From Octopus bimaculoides (lineage: Eukaryota): a DNA stretch of 64,000 bases. Every line of letters starts with the position of its first letter. Within the stretch, counting starts at the first letter, position 1. The notes under the pieces were generated by a model. That model did not search any database. It had not been told where the DNA came from and saw only the letters and a program-made list of their open reading frames with translations. The DNA lies in assembly GCF_001194135.2 (NCBI RefSeq), contig NC_068982.1, positions 126,604,799 through 126,668,798 on the forward strand, in the 5' to 3' direction. Below are positions 35,393 to 48,985 of this stretch, in pieces. A program made the position numbers and the translations under genes.

Positions 35393-36124
35393 AAAAATGA
35401 AAGCATAAAAAAATACAATGTGTAAGAGCACCTGTTTTGTGTAGATATGTTTACAAACATAGATAAATGTTTGTATATTCATTGATCTCTTTGTTTGTTT
35501 TTTGGTAGATCTATCCATGGTATGGATGAATGCATATCAAGACCCTGTTTTACTGCTGGATGCCATGCCCTTCATGTCATTAACCCTTATCTCCCTTTCG
35601 TTTTCCTTCCTTTTCAAGTAATGAATATTTTATTCCACTCATCTTCAAGACTACAAAACTATGCCAGGTTTTGTTAGCAGCGAATATCAACAAAGGCCAC
35701 TATAGATTTTCCTATCAATGCTTTCATGCAACAACACAATGTAGATATTTGCACAACACATATACACTCATGCCCATATGCATACTCGGCGAAGTTGTTA
35801 GAACATTTGATAGTGAAGTGCTTTGCGAATATTGTAAAAATGGCACATACACACACACACACACACTCGTATGTATATATATATATATGTATGGCATTAT
35901 TCGATTTATTTCAAGATTTCTTACCAAAAGAGAAAGAGCTGGTTTCTAACCTAGATCCAAAGCTCTTTCATTGGAATATCAAAATCAACAACAGGGTATT
36001 TTTGTTTGTATGTATGTGTGTATGTATGTATGTTTGTATGTATGTATGTATGTATGTATGTATGTATGTGCAGATTTATGTATGTATGTGCAGATTTATG
36101 TATGTATTCTAATGCATATAGTTG

Positions 36125-36310
36125 CACATCTAGACATGCTCATATTTTACAAATTTTTACAGTTCCTGTGATGAATTGGATCTGTAGTCTTTGAATTAGT
36201 TTTCTCCTTTCTGGTTTTGAGAAGCCTAATTTCTCAAGATTGGTATTTAGGCAGTGTGTTACATATCCCAGGGCCCCAATAATTACAGGTATAATTTTCG
36301 TAAGTGGAAA
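36125..36310 (-). mobile_element. R4/Dong-like LINE C-terminal remnant
   Basis: IIPVIIGALGYVTHCLNTNLEKLGFSKPERRKLIQRLQIQFITGTVKICK. Confidence 0.75.
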
Positions 36311-36560
36311 CTGTAAGAAGCACATCATATGTGTATGTGTGTGTTGTAAGCATGGCTATGTGGTTAAGAAGCTTGCTTCCCAACCATGTCGCCTTGGGTT
36401 CAGTGCCATGCACTGGGATAGAGTAACTGTAGATTTCTCAATAGTTCAGCGTAGGTGTTCTCTTTTCAACTGATCTTCAGCTTTATGTTAACATCCACTG
36501 GGCAGTTAATTTCCACAACTGTACATTGTTTCTCTTCTTATGTATGTATGTGTGTATGTA

Positions 36561-36779
36561 CAAGGGGTGCTGAAAATTTCCTGGTTTTAAGTGTATCGTA
36601 AAAAGCCTGGCTGGAGGTCCAACCTTCTGGGTTCTTTTACAGGGCTTAGAAAAACTGAAGGACTGCTGCAATAAGTGTGTGAATCTGAGAGGGGAATATG
36701 TTGAATAAAAAAATCATAATTAACTGATCCTCCTGTATTTTCTTTTGCCCAAAGCCACGAGCTTTTCAGCACCCCTTTG
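36561..36779 (+). mobile_element. mariner-derived MITE (219 bp) with TA TSD
   Basis: TA|caaggggtgctgaaaa..ttttcagcacccctttg|TA; internal FLQGLEKLKDCCNKCVNLRGEYVE* resembles a mariner C-terminus. Confidence 0.85.
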
Positions 36780-37290
36780 TATATATGAATGTACGTTTAT
36801 TTATGTATGTATGTCCTATATGTATGCATTCATGGTTGTGTGTCTGTATGTGTGTTGTTTACATTTGCTCTTCTACAAATATCACTGAGTGACAAGCAAT
36901 GACATTGTCATCCCTCCACCTTCCAACCATTAACAAATCCCCCATTTATATATTATAATACTGCATGTACATATACCACAAAGGTAGTTTTATATAAATC
37001 TACTGCTTGTCCAGTTTTCATATGTAATGGTTTGACTTTGGCAATGTCTTCATGTTTACCTGAACAAACCATCTTGTGTTTGACTTCAGCTTGTCAAATA
37101 CATAAAATATCTACATATTTTTGCATTTAACACCTTCATTTTGAATCCATCGATGGCTGGTTCCACTTTTCATAAACTTTTCAAAATAAATAGTGAAATA
37201 GTGAAACAAAGGAATTCATTTATCTTTCTCCTGGTTTTGAAGTAATATTTTAATATAAGATTGGACTAAATTTTAATATTATAGAAATAT

Positions 37291-37454
37291 ACAGGTGCAG
37301 GAGTGGCTGTGTGGTAAGTAGCTTGCTTACCAACCACATGGTTTCAGGTTCAGTCCCACTGCCTGTCACCTTGGGCAAGTGTCATCTACTATAGCCTTGG
37401 GCCAACCAAAGCCGTGTGAATGGATTTGGTAGACGGAAACTGAAAGAAGCCTGT

Positions 37455-37524
<70 letters not shown>

Positions 37525-37702
37525 TGTGTCTGTGTTTGTCTCCCCATCATCGCTTGACAACTGATGTTCGTGTGTTCATGTTCCAGTAATTTAGCAGTTT
37601 GGCGAAAGAGACCGATAGAATAAGTACTAGGGTCAATTTGTTCGACTAAAGGTGGTGCTCCAGTATGGCCACAGTCAAATGACTGAAACAAATAAGAGAA
37701 TA
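37291..37702 (+). mobile_element. Family B SINE, full length
   Basis: Box A tggctgtgtggtaa, box B ggttcagtccc, internal (TA)(TG)n, tail ccagtatggccacagtcaaatgactgaaac. Confidence 0.93.
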
Positions 37703-37720
37703 CATACATATATATATATA

Positions 37721-37758
<38 letters not shown>

Positions 37759-38184
37759 GTAAAGCGGAAACAGTATGTTATATTCCAAAATGGCTGAAAT
37801 AAGCCTGAAGCATTTATCAAAAAGATCTAAAGATATAAAGACTGTATTTTAATGTCTATAAGGAACCCAAATGTGTATAAGGAATCTGCTAATTTTTTGT
37901 ACTTAAAATTTGGAAAAAGCTTTTGTAAGGAATTATAATGCTATCTATGTATATGAATCTCCCTTATTTTTAAACCTAATTTTTGGCAAAAATGGGTTCT
38001 TTATACATGCTAAAATATAACAAATCTCACAAAACATATTTCATATTATTTGATATTTTAAAAAGCCAATTAGAGAGTGAAAATTATTTTACAATTATTA
38101 CATGGCCATAAAATTTGGACCCCTTTCTGGGGCTTTCCCCTTCTCATTTGAGGGATCTTGTCTTGCGAGTTACTTGGTGACCTC

Positions 38185-38375
38185 ACTAGTGCTGGTACCA
38201 TATTAAAAGCACCCAGTACTCTCTGTAAAGTGGTTGGCATTAGGAAAGGCATTCATCCACAGAAACCCTGCTAAAGTAGACACTGAAGCTGGGTTCAGTC
38301 CTCTGGCTTGCTGGCTCCTGTTGGACCCATTCCAGCATGGAAAATGGATGTCATATGATGATGATGATGATGATA

Positions 38376-38452
<77 letters not shown>
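38185..38452 (+). mobile_element. Family A 3' end with ~100-bp (GAT)n tail
   Basis: aaaagcacccagtactctctgtaaagtggttggcattagg..(gat)n. Confidence 0.85.
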
Positions 38453-38453
<1 letters not shown>

Positions 38454-40008
38454 CATTCTTCTCTTATTTAAGAAAAAAATTGATTTGGGATTTATTGGGG
38501 GTTGGAGTTGGAATTTTGAATAAAGGATTATCAACTGTAGTTAATTACCTTTTTAGTTAATTAGAGTATTAATTTTGCATTGGGCTACAGTTTGACATCT
38601 TACATAAGCATACACCTAGAAATTTCTAGGAGGCTAACAGAATAATTGTCATGAATACATCTTTTTAAAGGACATCCATTATTTAAATGGATTGTAATGG
38701 CTTCAAGTAGGAATTACTATTTGGGAAAGGATTTAGTTTGGAAAAAAATTACTTCTTCTTTAATGGCACTTGCACAAATCCATCCTTAATTGACACTGCT
38801 TTTAATCCCTTGATAATATTAATCAAAAGAATTACACATTATGATAAAATTGCACAAAAGATACCATATGTATCTACAACCAGTGTTAGATAATGTTACC
38901 AAACAACCACATAATACATAAAAATTAAAAATATCTCAGTTCCAACAGATTTTTAAAGAACACTACTTAGTTTTAATTCCATAGAATTATGCAAATTTAT
39001 TCAGACAGACAGTCTTGAAGCATACTTAGAATAGATGAGGTTGCAAATGGTGATAAGACTTTGATGAACTTCACTGATTAATTAATTCACTAAATTATTA
39101 ATCAAACAGTCAATTAGTTAATTGGTTAAATGGTTAACACATTGATTGATAACAACAAAAGAAGCAAAATAGAATCAGTGTGTGTATTTATTATTGGCAT
39201 AATGACATCCCCAAGATACACCAATATTATTAAATTGTTTTGGTACCTATTCTGCTTAATGGCTAAGTGAAATAAGACATTTAAAATTAAATGTACTGCT
39301 CAAATACACAACAAAATACTAGCTGCAGATTTGAACCGAACACCTTTGAGTTAGTAAGTTAATACTTTATCTACTTGGATATTGTCACTACTATCAGCTA
39401 CTAAGGAGAACTAAGTACATTCTGTGCTTACTTTAATATATTTTCTTGCTATATGCTCATATATATATATTTTAAGGGACTTCTTTGCCTTTCAGCTTGC
39501 TATAAAGAACAGAGCATAAATATATACTTCACAAGTACCTCTGTCCTGTTTAATCCTTACTAACAACTTCCAGATTTTGCCATCCATTTATTTCTGCCTC
39601 TAGACCTGCTTTATTTCCATATGATTCATGAGCCTCCAAATGATGTCTAGTACTGAGGATTCCACTGTAGACTTTACTTTGCTGATGTTTGGTGCCAGTC
39701 ATCCGAGAGTTTGTCCAGTCCAATGAGATTTTTCTTTTTCAGGGCAACTCACGGCAAAACCTCTACCTTAAATAATTTCTATAACTGTCTGAATGTCTAG
39801 CAACATAAGAAAACCCGCTTCAGTATTTAACAGTAGCAATAACAATTTAAGTAAACTCATAACCATAAAATATCAAGCTGACAAACTGACAAAGTTATTA
39901 GAGAATCTAGTAGAATGTCTTGCTATATATCTTCTAATTCTCTGTTTTATGGGTTCAAATCCAGCCAAAGTCAACTTTGTCTTTCATCCTTCTGGGTAGA
40001 TTAAAAAA

Positions 40009-40372
40009 TAACAAGAGCACTTAGAGCACAAACCTCCACCAAGGCAACACCAACGTCCTTTCAACAATTAGTTAGGGATGATTTTTAAAATGAGAATATC
40101 TGAAATAAACTCAACTACTCTCACAAACAAGAATACTAAAAATGAACCTGACTGCTCTCAAAAGTTAAGTAAAAAAACTGGAAAAATAATCCAGAATCCT
40201 TGTCCAGTACTGGATCGATCCCAAACTCTAATCAGTTTGTGCCAGTCATGAGGCCAAACATCTCTGAAAGTTTCATTTGAATCCATCCAGTGGTTCTTGA
40301 GATATTTTGTCCATGGACAAACAAACAAACATGACTGAAAACAATACCACTACCTTTGCTAAGGCAGAGATA
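40009..40372. mobile_element. Helentron/HINE-like non-autonomous element
   Basis: Near-identical to 52030-52398 and 59497-59795; acctccaccaagg near one end, (aaac)n, terminal hairpin. Confidence 0.75.
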
Positions 40373-40837
40373 AGAATCCAGGGTAGTGGATAGGCAGAAC
40401 TATAAGAATATTGGACCAGATATCTTGTTCTAGTTCCTAATGTCCTGGGTTCAAATTCCACCAAGGTCAACTTTACCTTTCATTCTTATGGAGTTGATAA
40501 AATAGTACTTATCGACATTTGTGGATTGGCAGAGCTGTAAGCATGTCAAACCAGACGCCCTATTGTAATTATTTCATTTCTACGCATTTTGGGTTCAAAC
40601 CTCACCATGGCTTCTTCAATGGTAGACTTAATCTATTGCTCAGTTTCACATAACCATCTGGCACCTAGGGTTTCTTTAGCAGAATCTACTCTGTTGTAAA
40701 CACAGGGACCTGATCTCCAGTCTGAGGATATCTTCTCCCCTCTCACAAGTTTTGGTGGAGGGGACCTGTGAAAGGTTAAGGGCACTGCCTTCCCTTCTGA
40801 CTAAAAGATAAAATGAAATAAAACTTAGTTGAATATC

Positions 40838-41130
40838 ATCATCATTATCCTCATTTATCGTTCGTTTTCCTTGCTGCTACAGGCTGGATAGTTTGATAGG
40901 AGCTGGTAAGCTGGAGCACTAGGCACCAATTGTCTGCTTTGGCATGGTTTCTACAGCTGGATGTCCTTCCTAATGCCAACCACTTTACAGAGTGTCCTGG
41001 GTGCCTTTTAAGTGGCACCAGCATAGGTTCATTATACATGGCAGAAGCATGGGTGCTTTTGGGTGGTACCAGCATGGATGGTCATCTGTGGCACTGGCGT
41101 GGGTGCTTTTATATGACACAGGTGCTTTTG
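40838..41130 (-). mobile_element. Family A 3' end, diverged
   Basis: gtttctacagctggatgtccttcctaatgccaaccact. Confidence 0.8.
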
Positions 41131-42363
41131 CAAGCAAGGCACTGGGGGTTACTCTTATATAAAAGTTGGGAACTAATCAGAGAACTCTTACTAAAGTCGG
41201 AATTTCAAAAAATTCTCTCTCTATTTGAAAAGACAGTGTATTTGGAGGATGTGGAAGAAAATTGATACTGCACACTAGTGAGACATGGAAATTGAAAGTA
41301 GAAGACCCGTGGCAAACAAAGAAGAATGAACCAAGTATGATTATTTAGATTTACAATGCAGGAAAGGCAAAGTGTAAGTGAGATAAGAAAGTAGTTGGGG
41401 ATTAAAAGCATCAGCTGTCATTGTTAGGCTTTTTTTCTTTAATGATATTACACAAGTCTTGTAATATTATAGAAGATTTTTATGTTATTTTTCTTTTTGC
41501 ATACTTAAATTTTTTTTAGTATCATGTTAGAATAGATATGTATGAGAGAGGCAGCTGCATATAACAGCTACACAGCCCTGCTGATATGAGAAGGAAGAAC
41601 AGCTTTTACTAATATGAATATGCGATGTGAATGATGTTGGTCAGAAAAAATAGTGAAAAATGAGAGAGTGGATGAAGAAGTGGAGAAATCAGATCTAAGG
41701 AAAACAAACCCTCAAAAATGAGGGGACAAAGGGTTGAGAAGATTATGAAGTATTGTAGAGAACTCATTCTCAACCAGCATGAAAGACAGAGTTCAATATG
41801 TATTACACACATGAATCCACAAGCCTAAATCACTTGACTACTGGACACAAGGTTGAACAATCAGGTTGTACTGATGACATTTATAGAGGCAGAAACAGAT
41901 GTTTGTGACTGTCCTCTTATCTCCAGACAATAAACTTGTCCTTTCATTTAAGGGCATGTCAGGTTTGGAGAATTCTTGATTCTTGAGATTATCTCCTGTT
42001 CTTCTATGGAGCTGGTCTTAACTCCCATTGGGTAATTATGATATATATTTTAGAAGCAGCAATGATTTTAATAAATCATGAATTTATGTTGTACAGTATT
42101 TGATATACCTGTATTTGCTTATGTTCTTCAAATTCATGCTACTAGTTACTCTGAGTTAAGCTGCAGAGTTAATCTGTGGCAAAGCAGGCAGTGGAGCTTG
42201 GCATAGTCTTCTGATTTGTCAGCTCCTGTCAAACTGTCCAACAAACTATTCCAGCAGGAAAAACAGATGTTAAATGTAGATGATTTAATTTCAAAGACAT
42301 ACATAGATATATATATGAATAAAAAATATATATATATAATAAAAAGAAAAAGAGAATATATGT

Positions 42364-42620
42364 ATCATCATCATCATCATCATCATCATCATTTAACGTC
42401 CATTGTCCAACATGGACAATGGACGTTAAATGATGATGGCATGGGTTGGATGGTTTGACTGGGCTGGCACACTGGAAGGCTGCACGAGACTCCAGTCTGA
42501 TTCGGTATGGTTTTCTACGGCTGGATGCCATTCCTAATACCAACCACTCCATGAGTGTAATGGGTGCTTTTATATGCCACCAGCATGGGTACCATTTGTG
42601 TGACGCCGAAGTGCATTTAC
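42364..42620 (-). mobile_element. Family A 3' end containing a perfect 26-bp hairpin
   Basis: Arms 42384-42409 and 42413-42438. Confidence 0.85.
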
Positions 42621-42771
42621 ATGCACACACACACACTTATATATCAAATCTACCTATATATATATATACAAGAATAAGGGCAGGGAATCGTCAATTAATA
42701 ATAGAATTAATAATTAACAATTTTGCCAAGTAGTTCAGTATGAAAAAACCTTTATCGGTAAAACCATTTAT

Positions 42772-43613
42772 CATCATAAATATACAGGGATTAGCATTGA
42801 GTTGCTTCTCCAACATACTAAAAATTTAGAAATAGCAGTCAAAGAACTACTGATTCTAAACTACAAATTTTTCTCTAAACGGATGGCGATATTTATGACA
42901 CTTTGACTGCTNNNNNNNNNNNNNNNNNNNNNNNNNNNNNNNNNNNNNNNNNNNNNNNNNNNNNNNNNNNNNNNNNNNNNNNNNNNNNNNNNNNNNNNNN
43001 NNNNNNNNNNNNNNNNNNNNNNNNNNNNNNNNNNNNNNNNNNNNNNNNNNNNNNNNNNNNNNNNNNNNNNNNNNNNNNNNNNNNNNNNNNNNNNNNNNNN
43101 NNNNNNNNNNNNNNNNNNNNNNNNNNNNNNNNNNNNNNNNNNNNNNNNNNNNNNNNNNNNNNNNNNNNNNNNNNNNNNNNNNNNNNNNNNNNNNNNNNNN
43201 NNNNNNNNNNNNNNNNNNNNNNNNNNNNNNNNNNNNNNNNNNNNNNNNNNNNNNNNNNNNNNNNNNNNNNNNNNNNNNNNNNNNNNNNNNNNNNNNNNNN
43301 NNNNNNNNNNNNNNNNNNNNNNNNNNNNNNNNNNNNNNNNNNNNNNNNNNNNNNNNNNNNNNNNNNNNNNNNNNNNNNNNNNNNNNNNNNNNNNNNNNNN
43401 NNNNNNNNNNNNNNNNNNNNNNGATCGTATCTGATTAACTAAAGACTTGTTGTTTATGCTTTTCCCTCCGGTTTTTTGTTCTATGTGTGCCATAAATATC
43501 GCCATCCGTTTAGAGAAAAATTTGTAGTTTAGAATCAGTAGTTCTTTGACTGCTATTTCTAAATTTTCAGTATGTTGGAGAAGCAACTCAATGCTAATCC
43601 CTGTATATTTATG

Positions 43614-43614
<1 letters not shown>
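42772..43614. repeat. ~125-bp near-perfect inverted repeat flanking a gap
   Basis: tcataaatatacagggattagc..ggcgatatttatg (42772-42897) is the reverse complement of ~43490-43614. Confidence 0.9.
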
Positions 43615-43658
<44 letters not shown>

Positions 43659-44190
43659 GTGTGTGCATACACGCATCCGTGTAATTGAAAAATTTGGTGT
43701 CAACAAGAAGGAGTACGGCTGGACATTTATTTTCAATCACTACAATTGTTTCTATGCAACATAGTTCTCCAGGCATGCTGGTACTTGATTATACAACCAT
43801 TTTCCTGCATTATTATTTCCTTTATCTATTCATTCACAACAAAAGCCCAAACGCAAATACTACTACTGGATACAGGGTGAAATCTGAAGGTGGACGAGCT
43901 TTATACTATACTGTACTATCTTCTTAACAGAATATATCATAACTATATATATATACATATGACACTGTTATTAAATAGCAATTGAATACATGATTATCTC
44001 CGAGAAATACTATTTGTCATCAGTTGTCCTTTTCATTGTCATCCTCTCCCTACCCCTCTTCCTCATTATTAACTAACTTTAAATAGTAACATGAAATTCC
44101 AGCTATATTGTGTGACATTACTGTATACTTTAACAAAGCCACTTTAAATCCTACTGTACACTCTCTGTGTCCCCCCATCTCGTTCTAACT

Positions 44191-44243
<53 letters not shown>

Positions 44244-44254
44244 CATATATATAT

Positions 44255-44760
44255 TAGGCAACGAGCACAAAAAAATGGGAAATACAGTAGGGACAAGCTT
44301 TAATAAATGTTGTATTAGTGTAAAAAGAATAGAAGTGTCTTGATGTTTTGGATGTTAGTCCTTCATCAGAAAAAAAAATCTGAAGAAGTAACGTGGAAAA
44401 TATATAGAATAAGAAAGTGTGGTTGAAAAAAGGTGGAGAAGAATAGGGGGTCAGGTGGAAATGCAGTTTTAAGGGGAATTAGGAAGTGAAGGGAAGGAGG
44501 TGTGGTGTGTGTATGCATAGAAGGGTATCCATGTATGGAGATGGGGATGGGGAGTGGAATTATGGTATATTGAAGTGTGTGGAAGAGTGTGAGTATGGGA
44601 GTGGAGTAGCATGGGATAATGGGGATGTAGGAGGGTGGTGTGTAAGTGTAATTGTATTGCGAGAGGAAGATATGGAGGGAAAGAGGATGTGGTAGGCTTG
44701 ATGATGAGGTGAAAGGAAAAATAAGAGGAATGTCGTGTTAAAGAAAAAACTGATGAAAAA
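44255..44760 (-). mobile_element. Probable Penelope-like terminal repeat with decayed hammerhead core
   Basis: Minus strand ctgatgaaggactaacatccaaaacatcaag at 44335-44369, downstream of a pyrimidine-rich tract. Confidence 0.5.
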
Positions 44761-45471
44761 GCTATATAAATAATAAAAAACAGTTCAAAAATATAAAAAA
44801 TAGTAGTGATAGCACAATAGCATGCTGTCTATCTGTCTATCTGTCTATCTGTCTATCTGTCTATCTGTCTATCTGTCTATCTGTCTCTTTCTCTCTCTTT
44901 CTACACACACACACATACATATATTGTCATCATAATCATCAACTTTTTACATTAATTTTCTTTCATGTGTGCATGGGCTGGCCAGATCTTATCTGCTACA
45001 ATATCTCACCACTTGTTGCAGTTATCTTAACTTTGAAGGTTCAACCTCTTGAGCTCAACCTTTAATACTTCTTCCCATATCTTCCTTGGTTTTTCACTTC
45101 TGCAGGTTCCTTCCAGTGAAATTACTTGACACTCTTTTATTCAACTGTCATCATCCATATGCATCACTTGTTCATACCAGCACAGCATTCTATCTCATAC
45201 ACAATACTTAATTCCTCTTATATTCAGTTTTCCTCTCAGCTCATTTCTGCTTTGTCATTTATGCACACCTTCATTGCACATCCAGCAGTGCATGCTCACC
45301 TTATTTCTCTCTATCAAGTCTTAACCTCTAACAGTCATGCTAAATATTAATAAAGTCCTACACATGTAATAGAGTTAGGTGAAAAATAACCTTCATTAAC
45401 TGAGATTACTTTCACAATTGTTGGTCGGTCTCTCTCATACCTTTTCCTTTTTAGTTTCTGTCAGACATAGG

Positions 45472-45767
45472 ACACTGACCATGCTGGGGCACTGCCTTGA
45501 AGGGTTTAGCCAAACAATTCGACCTCACTCTAATTTTTTAAAGTTAGGTGTGTAATCTGGCAAACTCTTTTGCTGAACCTCTGAGTTACAGGGAAATAAA
45601 TGAACATAAACAAACCATTACCAATTGTAAAGAGGTGGGATGGGACAAACACAAAGACACACATGTACACAGACACACAGACACACAGACACACAGACAC
45701 AAACACACACACACACACACATACACACAAACACACACAAACACACAATATTTATGTGCTTACTCTG

Positions 45768-45812
<45 letters not shown>

Positions 45813-45970
45813 CAGGCTTCTTTCAGTCTCCGTCTACCAGATCCACTCACAAAGCTTAGGTTGGCCCAAAGCTATAGCAGATGACATTCGCCCAAGGTGC
45901 CATGCAGTGGGACTGAACCCGGAACCATGTGGTTGGTAAGCAAGCTACCTACTACACAGCTACTCCTGCC
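45472..45970 (-). mobile_element. Family B SINE with long internal (CA)/(TA)n
   Basis: Tail at 45472-45650, head at 45810-45970. Confidence 0.85.
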
Positions 45971-48485
45971 TGATCATCTCAAAGTAGTAAATATAGATTG
46001 CTGAAGAGATTTGATAAGATCAAAACGTCTGTTGCTTTGCTTTCATCAGTTGGCTTTAAAGACAAAGCTTACTCGTGGCTGCATTGTTTTCATTTTCTAG
46101 AAATTTGGCAGAGTACATGCTATTAGGATTATCTCCCTTACTTGTTGATTTTAAGATGTTAAACAACCATGCAGGAGTGTTTTGCCTCGTAAGTGCAAAG
46201 GTTGTTTTAATTAACCAAAGCTTATTTTTAACTCACTATATTACATATGCAAAGCTGTAATATGTTTGAATATATTATGTGTGTGTATATGCGTGTGTGT
46301 GCTTTTATATATGGATATATATATATATACACATATATATGTACATATACATACATACACACACATACAATCACAAATACAATGTACATATATGCAGATA
46401 CGCACACACACACACATACACATGTGTGTGTGTGTGTGTATGTGTGTGTATGTGTGTGTACCTATGTGTTTATGTATATGAATATATATACATGTAACAT
46501 ATATATACATGTACAGTTATATAGAAATAGACCTCTGTGTGTGAGTGTATATACACTCAGACACACATATAACTTAAGTAATGATATAATACACTTAGTA
46601 TGCCAAACAAAAAACACAAACTAAGAATAAAAGCAAAATCTTCTTTGATATAACAAAACTTGAGCAATTCTTAAAGCAAGTAAAAATTAAAAATTAAATA
46701 AATAAATAAGAGAAACAATAGAAAGAAAAAGGATAATAGGAATCTAAGTTCTAGAAGGAATCAAAAGCCAAAATTTAAAGAAAAAATAAAGTATCATTCA
46801 TTCTCATTAATATAACCAGAAATATCTTTGGTAGAATAAATATTGTGGTTATTCATACAACGAATGTTTAGTTTCTGACTAGTCTGCCTATGCAGCCGAC
46901 ATGTACGCATTATTGCGATAGGTACGCCCACACGTGAGTCAGCTCATGAACTCGGTGAGTCTAATAAGAATACAACCTTGCAGTGATAGCAGAAATCAAT
47001 AATTTTACTGTCGATGACTGCCATGCTGGCAATACCTGGACTTTGATGAAGCTCTTGACATTATATACATTCTCATCCATGTGTTTTACTCTCAAATTCT
47101 TCCTTGCGCTCCAGCTCTATGCTATAATTCCATTTTTTTTTTTTTTACTTATTCTTCTTCTTGTTCTTTCTCTTCTTTTTCTTTTTCTTCTTCTCTTTTC
47201 TTCTCTGTATTTACTTATCAATAGATCAATACAATTCATTGATCTGTTGATAAATGTATTAAAAATCAATATTTCATATCCACCATTGAATCAAGGAAAT
47301 AAAATTTTAATTCTTGGTTTACAGTTTCTTTTGCTCTGTTATTTCTTTCAGATTTCACAATAAACAGATAATGTGAGATAAAGTAGATATTTATAACATT
47401 AAATCATGTAGATTCATACCGTTTCTGTGTAATGCAATTTAAAGTAGATTGCATGTAATGTTATGTTGCCACCGTGCAACATCTGTGCAGCTTCCATGAG
47501 ATTTCAAGCAACATCCATGTAGTGTCATATAGTTGCCATTTAATGTAGATAAAACAGTTTCAATGTCATGTCATGTAGCTTCCATTTGAAGACATGTAGT
47601 TTCCATGTAGTGTCTGGCATTCTATGTTGTATATATACCATTCAATGTTTTATACCCTCTGTTAATAACGAGGTACTGCCATGTTATTTCCTGCAACTCC
47701 TATGTATCATGTGAGTTTCAAAGAAATACATATAAATAAATTTTGTTTCTTTCATGTAGCTTTTTTTATAATTTAGGAAAATTAATAAATTTTATGATTT
47801 GAATGAATTTTATTGTGAAGTTCAGACATGTATTGTATATGTAAAAGCAGGCATAGCTATGTGGTCCAGAAGTTTGTTTCACAACCACATGGTTTCAGAT
47901 CAGTTCCAATGGGTGGCAATTTAGGTGTCTTCCACTATAGCTCCATGCCAACCAAAGTCTTGTGAAGAAATTGGGGTTGATGGAAACTGAAGCCAATTGA
48001 TAGCAGAACTCATAATATTTCTGATGAGTTGGGAATAAAAAATACTTTAAATTAGTTTTATTTTGTTATAGATTTAATGATGTTTATTCTTTATGAAACA
48101 GCTGTTGAAAGTAATTAGAAATAATGAATTATCTGTGAAATTCATGCTTCCTGCATTTCTTATATATATGTGTGTGTGTGTGTATACATATATTTCATGT
48201 TATGCAAAGTAGCATGGTCTCAGAATCTTCAACTGAAGTGAAATATAGCAAACTGCTCTATATCATTGTTAGAGTATCCACAAGTGGAGTCTAGACCATC
48301 TAGTCTGAACTGACATCGAGTCGTACTAGTTGTAATAACGAAGTCAAACCAAAGTGTGATATTTCAAAATCATTATTACAACTTATATACATATGTATAG
48401 ACACACACACACACATGCGCACGCACACATACACACACACACACACACGCACACGAATATATATACATATGTACAATACATATAC

Positions 48486-48541
<56 letters not shown>

Positions 48542-48628
48542 TTAAATTTAAAAGAACGATCTTTTCATAGTGGTCAGACCATATAGGGTCTACATCTAGC
48601 ATATTGGATGTCCACTTAGTGGTCATCG

Positions 48629-48664
<36 letters not shown>

Positions 48665-48667
<3 letters not shown>

Positions 48668-48985
48668 ATCATCATTATCATCATCATCATCATTGTCGTC
48701 GTTTAACGTCCGATTTCTATGCTAGCATGGGTTGGATGGTTTGACTGAGGGCTGGCAAGCCAGAAGGCTGCACCAGGCTCCAATTTGATCTGGCAAAGTT
48801 TCTACAGTTAGATACCCTTCCTAACGCCAGACACACCATGAATGTCGTGGGTGCTTTTTACATGCCATCAGCACGAGGGCCAGTCAGGCAGTACTGGCAT
48901 CGACCATGCTTGAATGGTGCTTTTTACATGCCACTGACACAGGAACCAGTCAGGTGGCACTGGCAAGAACCATGCTCGAATGGTG
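48665..48985 (-). mobile_element. Family A 3' end
   Basis: catcat..gtttaacgtccg..catgctagcatgggttgg. Confidence 0.9.

Noticed and set aside
47400-47760. Degenerate catgtag-rich tract
   Set aside because: Looks like an old eroded minisatellite, with no consistent period or other structure.
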